From NCBI GenBank assembly GCA_028710885.1, contig JAQTTG010000005.1, positions 1,483 to 65,482 of the forward strand: a stretch of DNA of 64,000 nucleotides. The letters are read 5' to 3'. The notes under the pieces are model-generated. The model worked only from the letters and a program-made list of their open reading frames with translations. It made no database searches and was not told the DNA's origin. The stretch is from Sulfuricurvum sp. GTDB taxonomy: Bacteria; Campylobacterota; Campylobacteria; Campylobacterales; Sulfurimonadaceae. The position numbers and the translations under genes are program-made. Below are positions 17,366 through 27,100 of this stretch, piece after piece. Position 1 is the first letter of the stretch, and each line of letters opens with the position of its first letter.

Positions 17366-18391
17366 TTACCTACCATCTATTCCGTGGAATCGCTCGACCA
17401 TCCATTCGGGATACTCTTTTTTTAACGCGCTAGCGGTGTCTAATTTTTGCAATTCACTATTACTAAAAACTATATCGATAGAATCAATGTTGTCTATCAG
17501 TTGCTCTGTTCTTTTTGCCCCTATGATCGTACTGGTAACTCCTTGTTGCATTCGCACCCACGCTAAAGCAAGTCGGGCAATAGAGACATTTTTTGCTCGT
17601 GCTATTTCATCCAAAACATCAATGATATCAAAAGCGCGTTCTTTATCGATAGGAGGAAAGTCGAAGTTAATTCTTCGCGAATCCTCACTATTGCTTCCCT
17701 CCTTTTTATATTTACCACTCAGAAAGCCACCTGCGAGTGGGCTCCATGGCATGATCGCCAAATCTTCATGGAGTGCTAGTGGTATGATTTCACGCTCTAT
17801 ATCACGACCCGTGAGGCTGTAGTAATACTGGAGTGCAACAAATTTATGCCAACCGTGATGCTTAGCAAGTGCGTTTGCTTTCATCACCATCCACGCGGGC
17901 CAGTTGCATACGCCTATATAGCGTGCTTTGCCACTTTGAACGATGTCGTTTAGCGATCGCATGATCTCTTCCAAATCAGTTTTTCCATCAGTGCCATGGA
18001 CATAGAGGATATCGACGTGATCAAGTTGTAAACGCTCCAAACTTTTCTCTACGGAATGAAAAATATGGTAGCGCGAAAGACCGCTATCGTTGACTCGTTC
18101 ACTCATTTTACTCCGTACTTTGGTAGCGATGACAAGATCGTCTCTGTTTATCCCGAGATCTTTTATCGATTGACCTAGCAAAAGCTCCGACTCTCCAAAA
18201 GAGTAGATATTTGCTGTGTCGAAAAAATTTATCCCTTTGTCATAGGCTACTTTAATGAGGTCATTTGCCTCGCTTTGTCCCGCCTTACCGATATGCTCCC
18301 AAAAGCCGCCGCGGTTTCCTCCAAACGTCATTGTTCCAAAGCAAATCTCCGAGATTTGCAGTCCTGTTTTACCAAGATAGTTATATTGCAT
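17366..18391 (-). CDS. Aldo/keto reductase
   Basis: GTMTFG, FFDTANIY, VIATK, LDHVDILYVH and PWSPLAGG motifs. Confidence 0.95.
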   Translation of the reverse strand: MQYNYLGKTGLQISEICFGTMTFGGNRGGFWEHIGKAGQSEANDLIKVAYDKGINFFDTANIYSFGESELLLGQSIKDLGINRDDLVIATKVRSKMSERVNDSGLSRYHIFHSVEKSLERLQLDHVDILYVHGTDGKTDLEEIMRSLNDIVQSGKARYIGVCNWPAWMVMKANALAKHHGWHKFVALQYYYSLTGRDIEREIIPLALHEDLAIMPWSPLAGGFLSGKYKKEGSNSEDSRRINFDFPPIDKERAFDIIDVLDEIARAKNVSIARLALAWVRMQQGVTSTIIGAKRTEQLIDNIDSIDIVFSNSELQKLDTASALKKEYPEWMVERFHGIDGR

Positions 18392-18478
18392 TGCTTTTTC
18401 CTATATTTATTTTCTGGAAAATGATAACGGGAAGCGGAGATTTTAGCGATGCACTATTCAATTAAAAAATTGCAATAA

Positions 18479-19387
18479 TCAAACATGAATACTTTCTCGG
18501 TATTTTTTCGGTGTTTGGTCAACCATTTTTTTAAAAAAGTTTATAAAATGAGGTGCTTCATCATAGCCTAGAGCAAAAGCGATATCTGAAATGCTCCAGT
18601 CCGTGTGCTTAAGGAGAATTATCGCTTCTTGGGATATTCGCTGTGCGATGAGTTCCGAGGTAGTTTTTCCCGTGATATTTTTAAGCGTCCTGTTGAGATG
18701 ATTCACGTGAATATTGAGGTGTTTGGCAAAATCGCTTGGTGTTTTTATTTCCAAACGCCGAAATGGTGACTCTATAGGAAATTGCCGCTCTAACAGTTCC
18801 ATAAACAGGAATGCAATCTGTGTAGAACGTTCATGTCTATGTGATTTTACGGCGCTAATGGGCTCCATCTTTAGGGCGTAGTGAATGAGTTCAAAGACAT
18901 GATTTCTTAGAACATCATATTTATAGGGATACTCGGATACTATCTCCGTAAACATTTTTTCGTATATTGTTTCTATGTCAGTGAGTCCCGTCGCATCTAG
19001 TAAAAAAACTTTGTCACCATTGGGTTGAAACATTGGATACTCTCTAAGCGCGCCGAATCGATGAAAAAATGCTTCAGTAAAGATGCAAAAATACCCAGAC
19101 TGCTCTTCATTTAACGGTTCCCAGCTGTAAGGTACCAGTGGATCTGAGAACATTAGTGCATATTTTTTGCTCTCAATGCTTTTGTGAGCATAGTTGATTT
19201 TAACGTTACCTTTTAGAAGCGTAATTTTGAAATAGTCGCGTCGGTTATAATTTATAGGCTCATTTTTGGAAGTGCCGCATGCCCCACGTAGAAAGACATT
19301 AAAGTGCCCGATTTCATTTTTTAGCCCTTTTGGTATCCAGTCAAATTTGTTTTTATAAAAAGCTTCAATGTTTTCTCTATTTTTCAT
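18479..19387 (-). CDS. AraC family regulator
   Basis: YNRRDYFKI N-terminal motif; C-terminal double HTH with ISDIAFALGY...HF..FFKK....TP..YR; start uncertain (19387 or 19432). Confidence 0.9.
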   Translation of the reverse strand: MKNRENIEAFYKNKFDWIPKGLKNEIGHFNVFLRGACGTSKNEPINYNRRDYFKITLLKGNVKINYAHKSIESKKYALMFSDPLVPYSWEPLNEEQSGYFCIFTEAFFHRFGALREYPMFQPNGDKVFLLDATGLTDIETIYEKMFTEIVSEYPYKYDVLRNHVFELIHYALKMEPISAVKSHRHERSTQIAFLFMELLERQFPIESPFRRLEIKTPSDFAKHLNIHVNHLNRTLKNITGKTTSELIAQRISQEAIILLKHTDWSISDIAFALGYDEAPHFINFFKKMVDQTPKKYRESIHV

Positions 19388-19439
19388 AAGGACAATAATA
19401 CAATAATACAAAAAACAAATATCATAGGTCAAGTGATAT

Positions 19440-19952
19440 TTATACCCAATACGACGGATAAATCAGAGACTTTTTGAAATTCAGATAAAACAATGCCACG
19501 ATCACCAAGATAACCGCTCCGATAAGCGTCGGCGTGATCAGAAACGACCACGGCGCACCCAATAAAAATACGATGATCGGATTAGACCCAGCGGGTGGAT
19601 GGACAGTATTGGTCGCCAACATCACAGCGATAGCGGTTGCGAGCGCTAGTGCCATACTCCACCACATATCTCCAATAATATGAAAGAATATTAAGCCGAT
19701 CAATGTCGAGATAAAATGACCGAAAACGACGTTTCGCGGTTGAGAAAACGGACTTTTCGGAAAGCCAAACAGCAGCACGCATGAGGCCCCGAATGAGCCA
19801 AGCACCAATGGATGCTGTAATGAATGGGTTAGAAAACCGATCAGTGCGATGGCGATAAATCCGCCGCCCCATGCGAATGCGATCTCTTTGATGCCGGTTC
19901 TGGCAGCCAATGGTGCATGTTCCCCTCTGAACTTTTGAAAATAGCTTTTCAT
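19440..19952 (-). CDS. HPP family membrane protein
   Basis: SFGASCVLLFG.P.SPFSQPRNV..GH and HPPAG motifs. Confidence 0.92.
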   Translation of the reverse strand: MKSYFQKFRGEHAPLAARTGIKEIAFAWGGGFIAIALIGFLTHSLQHPLVLGSFGASCVLLFGFPKSPFSQPRNVVFGHFISTLIGLIFFHIIGDMWWSMALALATAIAVMLATNTVHPPAGSNPIIVFLLGAPWSFLITPTLIGAVILVIVALFYLNFKKSLIYPSYWV

Positions 19953-20010
19953 GGTAACTCCCTTGAGTATTGGTTTTGCATTTTAGAATCCTCCTTATAT
20001 ATTTACTAAA

Positions 20011-20024
20011 CAAACGGTTGTTTG
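20011..20024. promoter_or_regulatory. Putative TetR operator CAAAC-GGTT-GTTTG (HPP promoter)
   Basis: Palindrome identical to the copy at 20610-20623. Confidence 0.75.
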
Positions 20025-20043
20025 ATAAAGTGGTCAAAAAAAA

Positions 20044-20601
20044 CTAATCGAGCAAAGCGATCAATTTTTTCTCGATTTTTAGATAAAGGGTTGAATCGTT
20101 ATAGAGATTCATCATCATAATCGCCCCTTGAACCGACGCGACCGATTCGACGGCGATTTCTCGTGCCTTTTCTGCACCGTAGCGATTTTCGAATATATGA
20201 CTTACCGCCTTTTCCCAGTTGTCGAAGTATGCAAGTATCTCCTCTTTGAACAGCGGTAGATCGTGTGATGCTTCGAGTGCAAGATTTCCCAGTAGGCACC
20301 CTCCTGCACTATTTAAAAAATATTCATCGGTTTTCTGGACGAAGAGGGCGATCTTTTCAGGGTCTGAGAGATCGCGACGGTACGCGATAGAGAAAATATG
20401 TTCTTCGAAATAGCGGTGGATGTATCGAAGCGACTCTAACCCAAGCTCTTCTTTGCTTTTGAAATAGTGGTAGATGCTTCCCTTGATCAGTCCGCACGCT
20501 TCACCGATCTTTGCCATCGTCGTGTTGTGGTAGCCGTGGAGTTTGAAGAGGGCAATAGAGTCTTTGAGAATCTTTTCTTTGTCTGTTTTTACGATGGGCA
20601 T
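20044..20601 (-). CDS. TetR/AcrR family regulator
   Basis: GY..TT...I...CG..KGSIYHYF.SKEEL HTH; GGCLLGNLALE. Confidence 0.93.
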   Translation of the reverse strand: MPIVKTDKEKILKDSIALFKLHGYHNTTMAKIGEACGLIKGSIYHYFKSKEELGLESLRYIHRYFEEHIFSIAYRRDLSDPEKIALFVQKTDEYFLNSAGGCLLGNLALEASHDLPLFKEEILAYFDNWEKAVSHIFENRYGAEKAREIAVESVASVQGAIMMMNLYNDSTLYLKIEKKLIALLD

Positions 20602-20609
20602 ATTTTATC

Positions 20610-20623
20610 CAAACGGTTGTTTG
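20610..20623. promoter_or_regulatory. Putative TetR autoregulatory operator CAAAC-GGTT-GTTTG
   Basis: Immediately upstream of the tetR start; identical 14-mer at 20011. Confidence 0.75.
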
Positions 20624-20641
20624 GTAAAATAGTAGTGGCTT

Positions 20642-20996
20642 TTGAAAAGAATGTCAAGTGGAGCAGAAATTTTTAATTGTAATAATGATTTTATCTATCC
20701 TATTCGTCCGATGGGCAGTCAAGGATTACAACATGTCTCATCTTGGGTTACTAGAGATGAATTTGATATACAAAAAGATATTCTTTTAAACAGCGGATTA
20801 GCTTTAGTACAAGAAGGAACCATTCCTTATAGTGGAGTTTAACTTGCTTATTTTGATCCGGAGCATAATGGGGAAAGCTTGATTTTTTTAGATCGTTGAT
20901 TTAAAAGAGCCTGAACGCTATCAGCGTGTTTTGAACATTAAAAAAGCTGCTGATATGTGGGATGATGATAAGTATGTTATTGAAGTTACAGCATGA
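20642..20996 (+). pseudogene. Degraded VOC/glyoxalase-like gene
   Basis: ...GLQHVSSW...SGV*LAYFDPEHNG then a frameshift to IVDLKEPERYQRV...W; in-frame TAA at 20840-20842; 5' part missing. Confidence 0.6.
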
Positions 20997-21071
20997 TAAC
21001 TAGCTTACTAGGAATAACAGAGATGAGCTTGAGTTCGATATAATTTGTCTTAGAAAATTTTATCAGGAAAT

Positions 21072-21821
21072 ATGTTGAAAAATTCTAATCTGTTTTTGAT
21101 TTTGATAACTGCGGTTTCACTTAATGCGGGGGTCTATCTATCGCAGAGTGAAGAATACACGCAAGAGGGTGCATCAAGCTACTGCCGTGAGCATGGATGG
21201 CGGCCAATGCAAATCCAAGAGATTTTCAATCTTCCTAGCTCGACTCCATTTGTGCCAGGGTTTAGCTACTGGTCTGCGACCAATATTATGACGGGTGAAG
21301 CGATTATTGGCACTGGTAGTGAAGGGGATGGTGGAGTTCTAGCACATACAGGATTAGCGTATTATGCCAAAGAACGGAATGTTACCCCATCGCCGGAAAA
21401 CAAAAAAATAGCTGCAATCTGTACTGATGCTCCGCCGCTGAAGCAAATACGGAACTATACGCTTGAGAAGCTTGGGACAAAAGATGTAAAAAATGGTTTG
21501 CTTTGGCATTCACTCGATGCGACCGATAAAAAAGCAAAATATACCTATGAAGGTGCGGTTGAGATGTGTCAAAATTTCTCATTGGGGGGAAGAAGCTGGC
21601 GGTTACCAACACTCGATGAGATGTATAGTACGGTAGACTATAGCTTTAACCGTCCGACCATAGATATGAAGTATTTCGGTCCTGTAATGCAACGGTATTA
21701 TTGGACAAGTGATACTCTAAACGAAAATTCTGCTTTTGTGGTTGGATTTAAACTGGGTTCTGTAGCCACCGTGTCTATGAAAGAGGATGTCTATACTCGT
21801 TGTGTCAGTGAATTGGAATAG
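21072..21821 (+). CDS. Secreted DUF1566 (Lcl, C-type-lectin-fold) domain protein
   Basis: Signal peptide; GLLW...Y..A...C......WRLPT..E....YYW.S....RCV; second degenerate copy of the domain in the N-terminal half (YC...GWRP...YWS). Confidence 0.85.
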   Translation: MLKNSNLFLILITAVSLNAGVYLSQSEEYTQEGASSYCREHGWRPMQIQEIFNLPSSTPFVPGFSYWSATNIMTGEAIIGTGSEGDGGVLAHTGLAYYAKERNVTPSPENKKIAAICTDAPPLKQIRNYTLEKLGTKDVKNGLLWHSLDATDKKAKYTYEGAVEMCQNFSLGGRSWRLPTLDEMYSTVDYSFNRPTIDMKYFGPVMQRYYWTSDTLNENSAFVVGFKLGSVATVSMKEDVYTRCVSELE

Positions 21822-21861
21822 ATTAATAGATAGAGATACTTGTGGATAATAAAATTTAGAA

Positions 21862-21890
21862 AAAAATGATTTTTTGTCAAAATCATTTTT
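21862..21890. repeat. Perfect 12-bp inverted repeat AAAAATGATTTT-N5-AAAATCATTTTT
   Basis: Read directly; lies between the DUF1566 gene and its C-terminal copy. Confidence 0.8.
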
Positions 21891-21911
21891 ATACAGTAAT
21901 TAGGAAGTAAA

Positions 21912-22028
21912 ATGAAATTAACACCAACTAAGTTTAGTTTAATCCTCGGGTTCAAACTCGGAGGAGTAGCAACAGCTCCCAGGAGAGAATCGGCACACGC
22001 TCGATGCGTGAGTGAAGAAATACAATAG
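21912..22028 (+). pseudogene. 38-codon ORF that is an alternative DUF1566 C-terminus
   Basis: MKLTPTKFSLILGFKLGGVATAPRRESAHARCVSEEIQ* versus ...SAFVVGFKLGSVATVSMKEDVYTRCVSELE*; AGGAAG RBS-like sequence upstream. Confidence 0.75.
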
Positions 22029-22060
22029 TATAATTACTTTATATTGCATTAGGAGCCGAT

Positions 22061-23326
22061 TTGAATCACGACAGCGTACTAAATCAAAAAGCATTAGATT
22101 ATCATGAATACCCCCGTGCCGGTAAAATCGCAACCGAAATCACCAAATCTTTTGTGACTCAAGATGATTTGACATTGGCCTATTCTCCAGGAGTGGCAGC
22201 TCCATGTCTGGAGATCCAAAAAAATCCTGATGATGCCTATCGTTACACCTCAAAAGGGAACTTGATTGCCGTAATAAGTAACGGTACGGCGGTACTCGGT
22301 TTGGGTAATTTGGGAGCTTTAGCCTCCAAGCCTGTGATGGAAGGAAAAGCGATTCTTTTTAAAAAATTCAGTGATTTGGATGCATATGATATCGAAGTAG
22401 ATGAAACCGATATAGAGCGTTTTTGCGATGTTGTGACGGCTATTGCTCCGACGTTTGGGGGGATTAATCTCGAAGACATCAAAGCTCCTGAGTGTTTTGA
22501 GATCGAGCGTCGTTTAGTGGAACGCCTCGATATTCCCGTGATGCACGATGATCAACACGGTACAGCGGTTATCTCATCAGCAGGAATTATTAATGCGGCG
22601 CATATCACAGGACGCTCTTTAGGAGAGATGAAAATTGTGATCATAGGAGCAGGAGCTGCGGCAATCAGTTGTGGACGAATTTATCGTTTTATGGGAGTCA
22701 AGGAGATTTATATGTCCGATTCTAAGGGTTTAATCCATACGGGACGTCATGACCTTAACGCGCAAAAACTTGAATTTGCCGCACCAGAGGGGATGACACA
22801 ACGAGAAGCATTTGAGAATGCTGATGTTGTGGTTGGACTCTCCGCACCTGGGAGTTTTTCTTTGGAAGATATTGCTCTTATGGCACCTGAACCGATCATT
22901 TTTACCCTTGCTAATCCTCTTCCAGAACTTTTTCCAGAAGATGTCCGTTCTGCACGCCCCGATGCAATTATTGCAACCGGACGGAGTGATTACCCGAATC
23001 AGGTTAATAATGTTCTCGGATTTCCGTTTATCTTTCGAGGTGCTATGGATGTTCGTGCAAAAGTGATCAATATGGAGATGAAAGTGGCTGCATCGTATGC
23101 ACTAGCAACATTGACACGTCAGGAAATTCCACACTATTTGAATGAACTTTATGGAAAAGATTTGTTTTTTGGAAAAGAGTACATTATCCCTAAACCGTTC
23201 GATAAACGGCTTATCGTCGAAGTCTCTGCCAGTGTCGCGGAAGCGGCGGTAAAAAGCGGAGTGGCACGTATGGAGAGTTTCGATGTTGAAGTCTATAAAC
23301 GCCAACTTGCACAACGGATAAAATAA
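22061..23326 (+). CDS. NAD(P)-dependent malic enzyme (no PTA domain)
   Basis: YSPGVA, NGTAVLGLG, GGINLEDI, HDDQHGT, GAGAA and NQVNNVLGFP motifs. Confidence 0.95.
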   Translation: MNHDSVLNQKALDYHEYPRAGKIATEITKSFVTQDDLTLAYSPGVAAPCLEIQKNPDDAYRYTSKGNLIAVISNGTAVLGLGNLGALASKPVMEGKAILFKKFSDLDAYDIEVDETDIERFCDVVTAIAPTFGGINLEDIKAPECFEIERRLVERLDIPVMHDDQHGTAVISSAGIINAAHITGRSLGEMKIVIIGAGAAAISCGRIYRFMGVKEIYMSDSKGLIHTGRHDLNAQKLEFAAPEGMTQREAFENADVVVGLSAPGSFSLEDIALMAPEPIIFTLANPLPELFPEDVRSARPDAIIATGRSDYPNQVNNVLGFPFIFRGAMDVRAKVINMEMKVAASYALATLTRQEIPHYLNELYGKDLFFGKEYIIPKPFDKRLIVEVSASVAEAAVKSGVARMESFDVEVYKRQLAQRIK

Positions 23327-23676
23327 TGGGTTGGCTGATCGCTAAATATTTGTTTACTGCTAGTATGATTGTACTCATATCCGAAGCAGCGAAGCGGAGT
23401 GAAAAATTGGGAGCATTGATTACTGCTTTGCCATTGGTCACCTTTAGCGTATTGATCTGGATGCATTTGGAGAACCAACCGGCGGAAAAAATCGGTAATT
23501 ATGTTGGATTTGTTTTTTGGTATGCATTACCAACTTTGCCGATGTTTTTTCTCTTTTCTTTTATTTTGGGAAAAATCGGATTTTGGCCTGCGATTGTGGC
23601 TTCTATTTTGATCACAATTGGATGTTTTGGAATAGAAGTGTTGGTATTAAGACGATTTGGAATCGAGCTTTTATAA
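23326..23676 (+). CDS. DUF3147 family membrane protein
   Basis: ISE.AKRS..LGALI.ALPL; FWY.LPTLPMF. Confidence 0.85.
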   Translation: MGWLIAKYLFTASMIVLISEAAKRSEKLGALITALPLVTFSVLIWMHLENQPAEKIGNYVGFVFWYALPTLPMFFLFSFILGKIGFWPAIVASILITIGCFGIEVLVLRRFGIELL

Positions 23677-24122
23677 TGAAAATTCTGGTTGATGCGGATG
23701 CTTTTCCTAATGTGTTAAAAGAGATATTGCTTCGAGCTGTTTTGAAACGGAAAATTACGACTATTTTTATTGCGAATAAACGTATCGGAATTCCCGATGT
23801 CGATCATGTTTCTATGGAAGTTGTGGCACAAGGTCCCGACGAAGCAGATCACCGTATCGCCGAGCTGGCAGAAGTAGGGGATTTGGTGATTACCGCCGAT
23901 ATTCCTCTCGCTGATCGGATCGTCACCAAGGGAGCTGTCGGACTTGATCCGCGCGGGACGATTTACGATGAGAACAACATCAAACATCTCCTCGCGATGC
24001 GCAATCTGATGGAGGAACTGCGTAACAACGGCGAAATTACCGGCGGACCTGCAGCTATCGGCGAAAAAACCGTTCGGGCGTTTGCGGATGGACTTAATAA
24101 GATTCTTTCCAAACGGGGATAA
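23676..24122 (+). CDS. YaiI/YqxD (DUF188) protein
   Basis: Start at MKILVDADA; DEADH.I and DLVITADIPLA motifs. Confidence 0.92.
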   Translation: MKILVDADAFPNVLKEILLRAVLKRKITTIFIANKRIGIPDVDHVSMEVVAQGPDEADHRIAELAEVGDLVITADIPLADRIVTKGAVGLDPRGTIYDENNIKHLLAMRNLMEELRNNGEITGGPAAIGEKTVRAFADGLNKILSKRG

Positions 24123-24138
24123 TAAATGAATAGCTAAA

Positions 24139-27100
24139 TTAGTTTTCCAGTTGTTTGAGAAGGTTAATTAATCGATCGCTTTTTAATAGAAGTTTGTCAA
24201 TCGGTTCTTGATAATTGAAACTTTCTCCAGAACTTTTTTGTTGCAGCATCTGATTGGCTATTTCATGTACATCATTATGAATTTGCACAATTTCAGGAAA
24301 GAAAAGATAGCCGCCATAGTGTTTTTCTCCGTATTCATTAATCCATTGTCCAAAATTACATTTAGATGAGTCAATGGCAAATAGTTCTTGTTGTTCATAT
24401 TTCATATAGGCGAGAACCTTTGATGTCCATGCTTTGTGTTCAACTGCGGCAAAAAGGAGTGGAATATTATTTCGACGTACACGGTTAGCTTTATGCCATT
24501 TTAAGTCAGGTGTCCAATGTGTTACCCAATTATGTAGTTCTTCGGGAGGCATAGGTTTGGCTATGATATAGCCTTGTGCATTTACGCACCCCAAACGTAA
24601 AAGCATCTCTCCATGCTCAATACTCTCAACCCCCTCAGCGATAACATCTCGGCGAAATGCAACCGATAAACCGATAATACCGTCGAGTATGGCTAAATCA
24701 TCAGGATCACTGAGCATTCCCTGTACAAAGCTTCGATCAATTTTAAGGGTTTGAGCCTGAAGTCGTTTTAGATAAGTGAGAGATGAATAACCGGTTCCAA
24801 AATCATCCAATGAAAAATGGATACCCATTTCATGACAACCTTGTATGATATAGGAGATATGTGTAATATCTTCAAGAGCACTGGTTTCAAGAATTTCAAA
24901 CTCTAAATCACCGTGGATTACTTCGGGATAGAGAGTTAAAAGAGCTTGTAAGTGTTGGAGAAAGTCATCTTGTTGTAGTTGAAGCGCATCTATATTTACA
25001 CTGATAGGGAAATGGAGTCCTTGCTGTTTGAAATCCTTTATTTGACGCATTGCTTGTTCAATAACCCATTTTCCCACTTGGATTGAGAGACGATGTCCAT
25101 CTATTGTGGGTAAAAAAGCAGCAGGTGGCAAGATCCCTTTTTCAGGATGATTCCAGCGAATCAGTGCTTCTGCTCCGATTACTTTTCCAGTGTGCATATT
25201 GACTTTTGGTTGATAGTAAAGAATGAACTCGTTATGTATGAGGGCATGTTCGATTGCTTCCAAACTCTCATGATGGGTTCGGATCGTTCGATCTTGTACC
25301 GCATCGAAAATATGGTAGCGGTTTTTACCGGATAGTTTTGCCTGATACATTGCCTGATCTGCTTGTCGGAGGAGTTGATCGGCATCAAGATTATTATCCT
25401 CTTCAAAAAAGCTTACTCCGAGACTGGCAGAAACATTTATCGATATTCCATCAATGGTAATATTTTCAGAGGCAAGCGAAAGTAGCCGAATTAACATTGG
25501 AACGCAATCTTCATGATCTTTGAGGTCCAAAAGTACGGCGACAAACTCATCTCCTCCTAATCGTGCGATGGTATCACCATCACGTAGGGATTGTTTCATT
25601 CGTCCGGCAAGTCTCGAAAGTAATATATCACCAACTTTATGCCCATAGAGGTCGTTAATCTCTTTAAATCCATCAAGATCGAGATAAACAATGGCGATAG
25701 TTGAGCGGTTGCGTGTTGCTTGTGCAATTGCCTGTTGGAGCCTGTCTGAGAGTAAAACGCGATTTGGTAATCCGGTTAGGGCATCGTAATGAGCGATGTA
25801 GTGAAGTTTTTGTTCCTGTGCTTTGGCTTCTGTAATATCTTTAGTGCTAATGAGGATTCTTTGCTTGTCAGGCATTAATACAATGGCCATATTAATAATG
25901 ACTTGTTTATTATCTTTTACTAGACATGTTTTTTCAAAATTAGTAATAAAGCCTTTGTCTAGAACGATTTTGAGTGCTTCGATTGCGCGCTCATGATCTT
26001 CTGGAATACTTAAACCAACACACGATTTAGTCAGTAGTTCTTCTCGTGTAAAGCCGGTCATCTCTAAATAGGTGTTATTGAAATCCAAAAAGTTGGTCTC
26101 TAAATCTAAAATGGCAATTCCATCTCTGGAAACATTAAAAATAGTTTCAAACTCCTCTTTTTGTTTTTGGAGTTCCTCATCGGCTTTTTTACGTTCACTG
26201 ATATCGTAGCAGTGACCGACATAACCGATAAATGTTCCCTCACTGTCAAATCGCGGATCTCCGTTGTCAATAATCCAAGAGTAGATTCCATCGGCTTTGC
26301 GTAGTCGATATTCCAAACTAAACGGTTTACGTTGATGAAAGGTCGTTGTATAAATCTCCATGCAGCGTTCAAAGTCATCAGGATGGATACCTTCGCTCCA
26401 ACCGTTACCCAACTCTTGAGATAAAGTACGGCCGGTAAAGTTTAACCAAGGTTCATTGAAGTAATTGCACAACATATCAGTTCCGGAAGTCCAAATGAGG
26501 GCAGAGCCAGTATTGGTAACAGTACGAAAATGCTGTTCACTCTCTATTAGTGTCCGCTGAACTCGAATCTTCTCAAAGACATTGAAAAGCAGTTTGCTAA
26601 AAAGATCGAGTAATGCAATATCACTCTTGTTAAAATCATGTTTGTTTACTACCGCATCAAAGCCTACATATCCAATACATTCAGAAGTATTTATCAGTGG
26701 AAGTGTGACTAAGCTTTGTATCTCTTCAGCAACCAACATCTCTTTGAGCGGGCCTTCTTCTAGTTCTGAGACATCATGAATCACAATTGCTTCACCTCGA
26801 CGGTGAGTTTTAAACCACTCTGGAATCATTTTAAGAGGGATGTTTTGAAGCTTCTGAATTTGAGGTGAAATGCCCTCTGCACACCATTCGTAGGTATTCG
26901 TATTAGTGAGGGTTTTCCAGTCATAATCAAAAATATAAGCCCGATCCGCTTTTGCAAAGAGCGCCATCTTCTCCAATGCGTTATGGATTTCATTATCGAT
27001 TTGATCGAGGGGGAGATTGATAAAGGATGTAGAGAACTCAAGTAACAGCTTTTGATACTTATCTTGGTTATACAGTTGCTCTTCAATGATTTTTTGAGCA

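Noticed and set aside
21735-22028. Diversity-generating retroelement (VR/TR pair) at the DUF1566 gene
   Set aside because: The two copies are only about 59% identical, differences fall on all four bases and mostly on synonymous positions rather than template adenines, and no reverse transcriptase or Avd gene is in the window
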